Below the pieces are notes generated by a model, which had not been told where the DNA came from, did not search any database, and was given only the letters and a program-made list of their open reading frames with translations. A DNA stretch of 64,000 nucleotides from Catajapyx aquilonaris. Its lineage: Eukaryota. The stretch lies in assembly GCA_000934665.2 (NCBI GenBank), contig KZ538029.1, positions 62,001 through 126,000 on the forward strand. The letters are read 5' to 3'. Every line of letters begins with the position of its first letter. The stretch's first letter is position 1. A program made the translations under genes and the position numbers. Below are positions 12,901-24,900 of the stretch, piece after piece.

Positions 12901-15900
12901 TTTTAAAAATCCGGCAAACCCGGAAATTCTTGGGAACTAACCGTGCTTTGTACTCGATTGCGAAGTTCAACAGTGGGCATCCACCGTCATTCCAGGCGTT
13001 CAGATGCAGGGTGACGCTATTGGCAAACACTTCGATGAACCTGTGCACCTCAGGCACGGACGGTTTGGACCCTTTTGTGCGTGTGTTGAGTATGTCCGAA
13101 GCTTCACCCATGCCGATGCTGAAATATTACAAATTGTTCGTAAAAACAAGCCAGATTCAATGGGTACACAGAGCATACTTATTATGCGATGTGACGTAGA
13201 TCTGATAACGAGTTCCACACCACAGTCCTTCCAAGGTGTAATCTGTGGTTTGTGGTCCGATCTGAACCGTATCCCAGTTTCCAATCTCAGGCTTGTAATG
13301 GAGAGTATAACCGTGGACTGGAGTGCTCTCGTCATGTTGCGGCTTCAGCTTCAGTGTGATGGTGGTTGTGGTTGTTGACGTCAAATGCACATGAGGTGGG
13401 TGAGGCGGTGCTAAAAAATTAAATGAGAAATGAACACAAATGATCATCGGTCTAACATGCGCAATGTTCATACCCAAAACAGTCAGGTGATGCGTGATAG
13501 TGTCATGTCCAAATGCATTTTCAACGGAGCATGTGTATTCCCCTGCGTCGCTACGTGTAACCTCCTGAATGTGCAGTGAACCTTCCGGCAGCAAACGCAT
13601 GCGGTCGTTCGGTGAAAATGTGGCTCCCTTCACTTTCCATTGAATTTCAGGTGGCGGGATCCCAACGGCCTGGCACGGCAACTTGACATCCTCCTTGTAC
13701 GTGGCAGTAAAAGCATCATCAAACGAAGCAATCCTGGCCGGCACTGGAAAAGTTACATAATTAAAATTGCGTAACTCAGCAGAGCATAGAACAGTATGTG
13801 TACAACTCTTTTCAGGCAGAACAAATCGAAACACAAGCACAAAATTTAATTCAGTCTTCAACTGAAGTCACAATTGCGGAATGAAACAATCATATAAACT
13901 TCATGTGAGAGTAACCTACATGAAGTACACGGTTAGTGAACACACACCACTTAGGTGCATGTAAAGACTGACCTTTGTTACTGGGTGATAGATTGACTGC
14001 CTTGGAGGGTTGTCCTTCACCGATGTTTGTGGATGCGGTGACCCAGAACTCGTATCTTTCCTTCTTGCGTAAACCGGAGGCTTCGTAGGTCATTTGGAAG
14101 GGAGGGATTTTCTCAGGGCGGGGTTCACCGTCGTTGCCTTCCTTGTCTGCGTGGCGGATGTACACGGTGTACTGGGTCACAATGCCGTTGGGCTGCTCTG
14201 GTGGCTTCCAGCTGACCAGGATGGAGTCTCCTGACATGACAAGGGCTTTGACGGCTGATGGGGCGCCTGGAACTGGAAGCAACAAGAAAAATGTGATTTA
14301 GTACTGCCTTACTTCTAATGAGTGACCATGATTACAGGAATCTAAATGTCACTTACCATCTTGTTCAGTCTGGCAGTGAATTGGCACAGTGCGAACTCCG
14401 TCGCCTCCTGAAGTAAACGCCAACACTTGCATGCTGTAGTTGGTGTATTTTCTCAGGCCATGAAGTATCGTTTCACTAGCAGATGTTATCTTGGTGTCCT
14501 TTGTGTTCTCATCTGGAAAAGAATCGTTTTGAGTGGTCACCAGCATTAGGGTATTGCACTGCATATATTAAACAATCTGTAGATCACTTACCATACCACA
14601 TCTCACTTGGTCCGTAAATAACTTTGTAACCTTTGATAACACCGTTGGCTGATGAAAGTGGAGGTGAAACCCAGCTAACTCGAATAGTCTGCGATGTCAA
14701 GGTGGTGCAGGTGACATCCTGTGGGGGTTGTTCGGGTGATCCTTCAGCAGTGTACTGAGTCACTTCTTCTGACATGGGGCCGGCACCAATTTTGTTGAAA
14801 GCTTGAACCACGACTGAGTATTGCGTGTAGGTCCTGAAGAAAAAATGTAAGTGGAGTTACATTTTTATGCTACTGTCGGATACTTGAGCAGTTGAGGTGA
14901 TTCGTGTCAGGCAGAGGTCACAGTATCATGGGATCCACTTGTGAGACAAGTACTTAGGTTAGCATACCAGTAATTTTTTCCCCCACCATTTCTAACAAGA
15001 TGGGGTTTATTTTACACACTTATACGAGGTGCCTCTTATGTCAAGGATATCGTGTTCAAGAGCAGTAAGAATCAGTCGTTTTTTAAATTTTAAAAATATG
15101 TAGCTGCGCATGCGCAACATTTTTGGCACATGGGAATTTGGCATGCTACTTGCACAGTTATTTTCAGGAAATCATGAAGTCAACGTCAGGTTGAATAGAA
15201 AATGATTTTAGCTCATGTAAGAGCAACATTTTTTTGTGCTTCAAGTGATATTACCATACTTGAAAATCATGAAAACTTATGTTGCATGAGTTGATGCTTA
15301 CTTCAGATTTCCAATTTGCAAATGATGCTCCTTCCCCATCTCCCGACTGAACTCAACAGTTTCGAAAAGGTAGGGCTTGTCCGAAGAGGCCAGTTTGTAT
15401 CCCACGTAGTATCCTTGGATATCTCCATTCCAGTCCTCTCGCTGTGGGGGCTTCCAGCCTACTTTGAGGGTATGCTGGTCAACAGCATCCACTTTAACGG
15501 AGCGTGGGGGTCCGCTAGGAGCTGTAATAAATTAAAAATTGAAACCGAATCCTTGCAAAAGGGGGCTGCAAGAAAGTTTACTTAATAATAGCTGAATCTT
15601 ACCTTCCTCGGCAGTGATAATGGTAACAGTGTCTGAAGGCTCGGATGCTCCAACTTCATTTTCTGCCACAAGGCGCAGGTGGTAAGTGGTTGCAGGTCTC
15701 AGGTTAAACACACCAGCAACAGTTTGTTGTCCCGGGACCAGTACACGGTCAATGTCAGTCTTCCAGTCACCCTTGGCAATCTTGTATTCAATGAGGTAGC
15801 GGGTGATAACAGAGTTGCCGTCATAAGGAACATTCCACGACAACTGAATTGAGCGACCAGACTTGTCAAGAACCTTTAGGCCGTAAGGCACCTCAGGTGG

Positions 15901-18900
15901 TTCTGGAGGCAAATTTAATATGGATAAAATTAGTTCATACTGTCATTAAAATTGTTAAACAGACTTACCTTGCACAATGAGGTTGATGCTGGTGTCATCA
16001 CTTCCAAAGGCATTGGTGGCAACACAAGTGAACAAGGCAGAATCGGTCCTTTCCGTTCTCTTAATACTCAGATCTGACAGGACGCCATTAGGAAGAATTT
16101 CCTCACGGATGGTATACCTTTCAAAATGGCATCATCATTAATTTAGTACACTCTTCAAAGACTGAAAGTTGAATGAATCATGTTATCACCTGGTGTCAGC
16201 CTTCGAGTCCAGTCGCTTATTGTTCATGTTCCACAGAATTCCAATAGGCTTCTCACCCTTTGCTTCGCATTGGAGCACAGCAGGTTCACCCCGATGAGCA
16301 GTTTGGTTGCGGAATTTGATCTCAAACTGAGGTGGTGCTACAAATTATAATCACACAGTGAGTTACTTTCAAAGTATCATATGTAATGCAGTCAATTTTG
16401 AGAGAAAGCAATGAGATACTATGTTAGACTATTTGAAATCTAGGTGGACACTGAATTACTTTAATTGCAATAAGATGGACTTTATTTATGAATCTCACCT
16501 TGAACACTGATGAATATAACAGCGGATAAACCAGGGCCAATGCCATTGGTTGCCTCGCACAGGTAATAACCCTCATTGGCCTTCTGGATGTTGAGGATGG
16601 TCAACGTGCCCTCCTCTGACCTCAAGTTTGGACCGCTCTGTTTCAAGTCACGGTATTCTCCTGGTCTGTCTCCTGCTGCCTTTCTCCATTGCAGTTGCGG
16701 CTTAGGGAATCCATCAGCACGACATTCTACTTTGGCTTCTGAGCCCTGTGCAAATGCTTTGTCTGTTGGCTCTACAATCCATCTAGGTGGCACTAAAACA
16801 GAAAAGCTTTTTGTTAGGTTTACTGCCACAGAAGTTGGGGAAAAAAATTTGAACCATGCAAAAAATAAGCGCTTGCCAAATAGATCCAAATTTTTGTTTC
16901 ATAACTAGAGGGTGTCACATCATTAATCATGCATTACTGTGACATGTACCAAAGCATTTAATGCGTGCATTAAAATTACACCCCCAAAGTATCTTTTCCA
17001 ATGTTACGTTACTGACATAGCGCCACATTTAAAGAACATGCAAAACAAAAAATGTAGAAAAGGAAACTAAACAGGAGCTAAGCAGGACAAACAAGAGTAG
17101 AGGGAACGTCTACAAAATTAAAGAAAAAGAAGAAAGCCTGGAAGAATCATCAATTTGTTTAAATAATTCAATCTGACTGCATTTGACTGCTCAGCTGATC
17201 ACTGAACATCATTTGAAATTCATGATTCCTCCATGCACATCCACAGAAGAAGAAAAAAACTACTAGGAAATGGATGGGCTGGACCGGATGGGGTTATTGG
17301 TCTGGATAATATTGGGAAGGGAAAAGGAAGGACAAGTTTCTCCAAACCCCTCCTGGACCTTCAGCCATTTGGAAACTCTGGCAGAAGAAAGGCAGACCAT
17401 GTCAGCTGAGAGAGTATAACGTATCGACAGGACGATTTATTATTATTTTTTTGTTGTTGCAATAAGTGTATACGAGCTGCTGCTGTGTTGGGATGATAAC
17501 AGAAGCTATGGCCCACATTTTTTTTAAAATAATAAAAAAAAGTCTCGCCTAATTTGCCCTTTAGCGCCTTTAAATTGGGGGAAGTATAGGTGATGTGGGG
17601 TTAAAGGATAAACTGGCAGAAATTTTGGTGTACCAAACACCTCCAGTTGAGCCGTGTGATTGGTAGTTCCGGCCTGATTCCTGGCCACGCAAGTGTAGCT
17701 GCCACGATGCTCTGAGGATGCAGGGTCAATGGAGAGCATGCTGGTACGAGGCCCGAACCGTGCAGTGACCGCCCCTTTGGGTGTGGGTTCATGACCTTTT
17801 CCGAAGTACCAGGAGATTTCTAGAGGAAGGTCTCCTCGCTGGACCAAACACATAGCCTGGACAGCTTCTCCGGAGCGGATGGCTTCGGTGCCAAACGAGA
17901 ATGGCAAAATCGCTGGGAACTCTATATGATAGGATTGGAAGGAAAATAGGGACATATGGAATCTGCTGAGCTGGATTTAAATAACAATGTGCTTAAGGTT
18001 AAAAACGTGGCTATGAAGGATGGATCTTTACTCGCAGTAACCCAGTTTGTATTCGCGACAATCTCTAAATATATAAAGCAGAAAGTTTGCTGGTATGTAT
18101 GTCCCGGCTACCTAACCCACTTCTAGACTGTTAAGAGTGCCGAAACTTGGCACACAGATGTCTTAAATGCCGCTGATTGAGGGAAAAGTCCGAAATCTGC
18201 ACTTTTAACACAATTTATATTAGTTTCACCGCCACGGATGTGTGTGAGTGCGCGTGCAGCGAGTTCGCAACTTCTACACCATCTGAGTGAGTTAAGTTAG
18301 GGCGGTGACTTCGCAACTTCCACACCATCTAGCGGTAGTAGTCACGTGAGTGGGTGAGTTCGCAACCTCCACGCTAGACAGTGGAGTGACAGGCTCTCAG
18401 AATCGAGTTTGCTACGAGAATTATTTGAGTCTAAATGCCGAAAGTGAAGCATACGAAGGCCAGTTGGAGTAAGGAAAAAAAAAAATTCATCGGAGTCTCG
18501 CAAGGTTTAACGTCCTGTTACATTTAAGCGGGTACCATTGACTTCTAAGACCGATGAATGTGAACTGGTTCCAGCCTGGTTCCTCGCGGTGCATGTGTAT
18601 TCTCCCTGGTGATCCGGAGTGACTGGATCGATCATGAGCAAGCTAGTTCTGCCACCGATTTTGGTGGTGGTTACTCCTTGTTTCGAAGTTTGGGAACTCC
18701 AGTTGATGTCAATAGGAGCGTCCCCTTTGGAGATGAGGCACGTTACCTGTGCGGCAGCCCCGGCTTGAAAGGGTGTGTCTCCGAAAGTAAATGGAATTAT
18801 CTGGGGGAGTTCTGGAATGAGAGGGGGCCCCCCGGTAATAGGTACAGGGTGTATAATGAAAATAAATGCAACACGTGCCTAACGCTTTTGGGTGGAAATA

Positions 18901-21900
18901 AAATAGTTACAAATTTGGAAGAAAATTTTTGGGGGGGAAACCTTCGTACCCATCACCACCAATTGAGATGTGAAATTGGCCACACCGGCCCTGTTCTTGG
19001 CTTGACACGTGTAATTTCCTGTGTTGGTAGGCTGGACCTCTTCGATGGTCAAGAAATTGATTCGACCCCCTATCCTGGACGTGACCACTCCCATGTCAGT
19101 GGTAACCTCGAGGCCATTGAACAACCAAGAGATATCAATAGGCGAATCTCCCTCTGTACATACGCACTGTACACTGGCTGTTTGACCCGTACGCATTGGC
19201 TCATCTCCAAAGGTGAATGGCACGATTTTTGGAACCACTGTGAGGAATGAAATAATAGTCCTCGTTACATTAAGTGCAATATTTACAGGACGAAATGTAG
19301 ACATTTTCAGCTGCTGCAAATACTGGTCCAATAATAATTAACATACGAATATTTCAAACATTTACTAGTTTATCACTATCATATCGCCCTAATTTGGAAT
19401 GTATTAGTTCGTATGTAGATGTTCCGCAATAGTCTCAATCGGAAATTTACCGAATTTGCCCACTGAAGGCATTTGGGTATGTGTGCTGGATTAGTTGTTA
19501 TTTGAGTATGCAATTATTAGGGCCGAGGAAGTGTATGAAAAGTAAGTTGCATTATACTTTTATCATCTAGTAAGATTATACTGGAACCATGTCTAGGGCC
19601 TTGTAGCTATGGTACTGAATTTATTGTCAGGTAGGTTTCCTCTCCGATGTCAGCTTACCCACGGTAAATAGCCAGTGCAGGAGTATGATTAGTCATATTT
19701 TAAAATGCTCAAAAAGAATAAAATCGTAAGCAAATTAAGCATGAAGCATGGTCTTGTGAAGGGATGTTAAAAAAAGCTGTAGGAAATCAGCGCGGAGAAA
19801 ATTATAAAGTTGGGGACAAGGAGGTGTAAGTAAGTGACCCTCCCTACCGTTGACCTTAAGGTCATCCTCGACTTGCACTTTTCCAGCTGCATTTTCGGCC
19901 ACACAAGAATACCGACCCATGAACTCCGCAGTGACTCTGGCAATGCTCAAAACGATACTGTTCTCTCCAAAAGGCACCGCGGATAATCCCTGAATCCCTT
20001 GCACGTCGTTTCCATCTACTTTCCATCGGAGACTAACTGGAGCATCCCCTTCCAGAAGGGTACAAAGGATGGTAAGGGACTGACCAGCGCTGACAGGACC
20101 GGAGCCAAAGGTGAAGGGAGCTAATTTGGGCGGAACTGAAACGGGATTTGGGCCAACAAAGTTAGTTTACAGAGAAAAAAAAACATGCTAAATTTTCGCG
20201 GAAATGGGAACTACCGTCAACCCTTAGCTCGGCAGTGTAGGAGGCACTACCCCCAGGATTGGTGGCCACGCACGTGTAATTTCCAGCCTGACGAGAAGAG
20301 ACAGACGCGATGGTCAATAAGGAACCAGCAGCCCCAAGAGGCATCATGGTAATGCCCGGCTCAGATGTGAGCTCCAGATCGTCAAATCTCCATATAACTT
20401 TGAGGGGAGAATCACCAGCAATCACGGAACAAGCGACGGTCATGGCGGATCCAGCGCTGAGGGCTTCGTCTCCGAATGAAAATGGCATCAACTTGGGAGG
20501 AACTGGGGTAAAAGCAGAGAGACATGGACGTCACATTTCCATGAGATCACCCTACGAATATCAGGTGGAAGCATCTGTCCAAGATGACTCATCACCAACG
20601 TGGATATAGTGCTACTTTCCCCCAGAGGGAGGCAGTAGCGTACAGAGAGGGAGGCGCGCCATCTGTTAGTTACCAAGTTGTGACTGGAACGGGTGGGGAA
20701 AGGCAAAAAAAAAAGGACAGTAAGTGAAGAACGAATAATTCATGCACCGTCAAAAGCCACCAATGGACATCACATATTGGAGGACAAGCGCATACCGTTG
20801 ACTATCAGTTGAGCACTTGAATTGGAAACTCCTACCGCGTTCTTCACAGTGCATGTGTAATAACCGGTGTGTACAGAGTCCACCATTTCCACAGACAGCA
20901 AGCTCACCCTTGGCCCAACTTTTACGCTAGTGACGCCAGGAAGAATCGACGTCGGATTTTTTGACACTCCTACAGGCATCTTATCATTGCGAAATGACCA
21001 GGAGATATCCAGAGGCAGATCTCCCGCTGCCACTGTGCACTGCAGTGTCGCTAACACGCCAGAACTAAGTGGAAGCTCGCCAAAGGAAAAGGGTACTATT
21101 TGTGGGGTAACTGGAAGAGAGAAAAGGATTTGCCCAATCACACTGTGGAGCATCTCAGCAAAAAATTTGCATACAAAATTTTTGTAGCATGCAAGCTACA
21201 AATATGATGAGATGCTCCACAGTTGATGGTGAAGACACTACGAAGTGACTAATATCATGCCGCCGTGTATAACACATCCTACCGTTAACGTCTAAGTACG
21301 CAGAGTAATTAGCAGAAGCAGCCGCGTTTATAGCCAGACACGTGTAAGTTCCGCGATGGGACGGAGTGACAGACGCGATTGTCAGGATATTGATTCTGCT
21401 TCCGACCATTTGAGTGGCAATCCCAGGATCTCCGAAACCTGACACCTCTCCATGGAAGTTCCAGGTGACAGTCAGGGGCGTATCTCCTTTCGGAACTGAG
21501 CAAGTCAGCTGGGCCATTTCGCCAGCGTTCACTACGCCGTCAAACTCGAAAGGAGATATGTGAGGAGGAACTGGAATGAATATGGTGAACATATTGGACA
21601 AGGTTCGGGGACAACTTATAAACCTTTAAAGACCGGACAGACTAATTGGGGGGTACATAACTCGCAGGTAATCATACCATTGACCTCCAGGTACGCAGAA
21701 TAATTAGCAGATCCCCCAGGGTTTTTGGCATGGCACGTGTAAAGACCTCGGTGATTGGATGTCACAGGCGAAATGGTCAGGAAATTGGCTCTGTTTCCAA
21801 TCATTTGAGTGTCAATGGAAGGCTTTTTGTCATTGTTACGGATTTCGGGCTCGAAGCTCCATGAAATTGTGATGGGTAAGTCACCCTTTCCGACAGAGCA

Positions 21901-24900
21901 GGTTACTTGAACGGTTTCTCCAGCATTAAACGCGTCCTCGAATTCGAATGGTGTAATTTTTGGCGGAACTGCAAAGATAGTTTGGATGTGCTTTGGGATT
22001 AAATGGGTAAAGTACTACTATATAGGTCAGGAGTGCAGGTGGGTCAAACAAGTCGCACACTCACGATCATATAACATACCGTTAACCTCCAAATACGCAG
22101 AATAATTAGCAGACCCCGCATGGTTTTTGGCATGACATGTGTAAAGCCCTCGGTGATTGGATGTCACAGGAGAAATGGTCATGAAATTGGCCTTGTTTCC
22201 AATCATTTGGGTTTCGATATGAGGTTTTTCATTGCTACGAATTTCGGCTTCAAAGCTCCAGGACAGATTGATGGGAAGGTCTCCTTTTCCGACAGAGCAG
22301 GTTACTTGCACGTTATCTCCAGCATTAAACGCGTCCTCAAATTCAAAAGGTGTGATTCGTGGTGGAACTGCAAAGATAGGCTGCTAACAAAAGGAGAACC
22401 TGTCTAAGGGTTGGGGTCCGGGTATAATGGGTGATCAACTAATTAAGCGGTACTTATCAATAATTTTCACTAACATACCGTTAACCTCCAAATACGCAGA
22501 ATAATTAGCAGAGCCCCCTAGGTTTTTGGCATGACAAGTGTAAAGTCCTCGGTGATTGGACGTGACAGGCGAAATGGTTAGGAAATTGGCCCTGGAGCCA
22601 AACATCTGTGTGTCGATAGCAGGCTTGGCATGGGTACGAACTTCAGGTTCAAAGCTCCACGAAACAGTGATGGGAAGGTCTCCTTTCGGAACTGTGCAAG
22701 CCACTTGTATTGTATCGCCTGCATTGGACGCAGCCTCGAATTCGAAAGGGGCTATGTGGGGAGGTACTGCAAAGAACGTAATATTGACGAGAACGATATG
22801 AGATAACAGCCACAGACATACCACATCTGAGGTCCTCAGTTCGATTCCTGGATCGGGTCTAGAATTTGGGAAATAGTTCTCTCAGTGTACCAGTAGGTTT
22901 TCTCGCTATTATCCTAGTGCTGGATATTAATTCCGTCATACTGCTAGCGACATTTTCTGATGCGGCAGACGTGCAAATTGAAGTGCGAGCCGTGCGAGTA
23001 AGAAATGGTAGCCCTTGGGTGACGTCACTGGCTGGGGACAAGCCTTTTTCTCCATTGGCCTCCAGCCAGTGACGTCACTCAAGGCCTACCTCCTCTTACT
23101 CGCAAGGCTCACACATTCGATTTGCACTTCTGTCGCAAGCAGTATGACGCGATTAATGTCCAACACTGTACCAATTATTTTGACAAAATTGATCCCTCAT
23201 GGTGCGCTAATTATTTCCTAAGTATTTAAAAAAATACAATCCAACAGTGGGCGTCAATTTTGAGCACTAAAATGAAATTCCATGTCCCTGAGGAGGGTTG
23301 GAAATGGGTAGGTCATAAGGGAAAACTGGATGCACTTTGAATACACTACAGAACCAGGCAAAGCCTGCCGTAATAATTTAACGACGGGTGCTAATCATAC
23401 CGTTTACTTCCAAATAGGCAGAGTAATTAGCGGAACCGGCCAGGTTTTTGGCATTGCAAATGTACAGTCCTCGGTGGTTGGAGGTGACAGGCGAAATGAT
23501 GAGGAAATTAGCCCTGCTTCCTATCGTCTGAGTCTCGATGGGAGGATCACTATTGGTGCGTATTTCTGCCTCGAATGTCCATGACACCTTGATTGGTAGG
23601 TCTCCCTTAGGAATAGTGCAAGCCACTTGTACTGTATCGCCTGCATTAGAAGCCGCCTCGAATTCGAAAGGCGCTATGTGAGGAGGTACTGAAAAGATTC
23701 ATGTAACGATCGTTGATAATTTCGAACTTAAGTGCGCTGCATGGCTTCAACGGCTTACCGGTAGATGTCGACTGACAAGGCAGAGACATCTACCGTCATA
23801 TCCAGGCTCGATTCATCAATAACACGATTTGAGCAATTTGGCCATCACTAGTGACGTCTGATTGGGATTGGGTCAAAGTAAAAGGGTGGGGCACACGGTA
23901 ATTAGGGAAGAAAATGAGAGGTGATTAGTGCGTCTACTGTTATGACATCAAACTTTTTGGGCTGACAGGCGGTATATACCATTAACTTCCAAATAGGCCG
24001 AGTAATTTGCGGATCCCCCATAGTTTTTGGCATGGCATGTGTACAGTCCACGGTGATTGGGGGTCACAGGCGAAATGGTCAGGAAGTTGGCCCTGGCGCC
24101 AAACATCTGGGTGTCAATAGGTGGGTTGCTGTTGGTACGGATTTCGGCCTCGAAGCTCCACGAAACTGTGATGGGGAGGTCTCCTTTCGGCACGGAGCAT
24201 GTTACTTGCACGGTATCGCCTGCGTTAGACGCCTCTTCGAACTCGAATGGGGTTATACGAGGAGGAACTGCAAATATGGGTCATATTGGCAAGGGTCATG
24301 ATCTTGTAAGGAAATGTGTCCGGGATATGTTCGGGGGAACTGTGCCAAGAAACTACTACAAGTTAAATCACCAAAAGTTGATGGCTAATCATACCGTTAA
24401 CCTCCAAATATGCAGAGTAATTAGCATGCCCCCCGAAGTTCTTGGCATGACACGTGTAGATACCCCGATGACTTGGGGTCACTGGTGAAATTGTCAGAAA
24501 ATTGGCTCTGCCTCCGATCGCTTGTGTCTCGATTGGAGGTTGAGCATTGCTACGAACTTCGGCCTCAAAGGTCCACGACACGGTGATTGGAAGGTCTCCT
24601 TTTGGTACCGAGCATGTTACTTGTACTGTATCGCCTGCGTTGGATGGACCTTCGAATTCGAAAGGGGTAATACGAGGAGGAACTGCAAAGAGAGTGTGGT
24701 TCCCACTGATTTGTGTCCAAATTATTATTTTTTAAGTTGCGATTACCCTTGGAATGTACTGTTTATGTCGGTATGTCGGCATTAAAGGCTGCGTGTATGC
24801 GCAAACATGAGATACGCCTGAAATGTTGACTTCACGTTGCACAGAGCTGCAGGTTTGCCTTACAACCAGGATAAAAATTTTTGCGTAAGATTCGTTCAGT

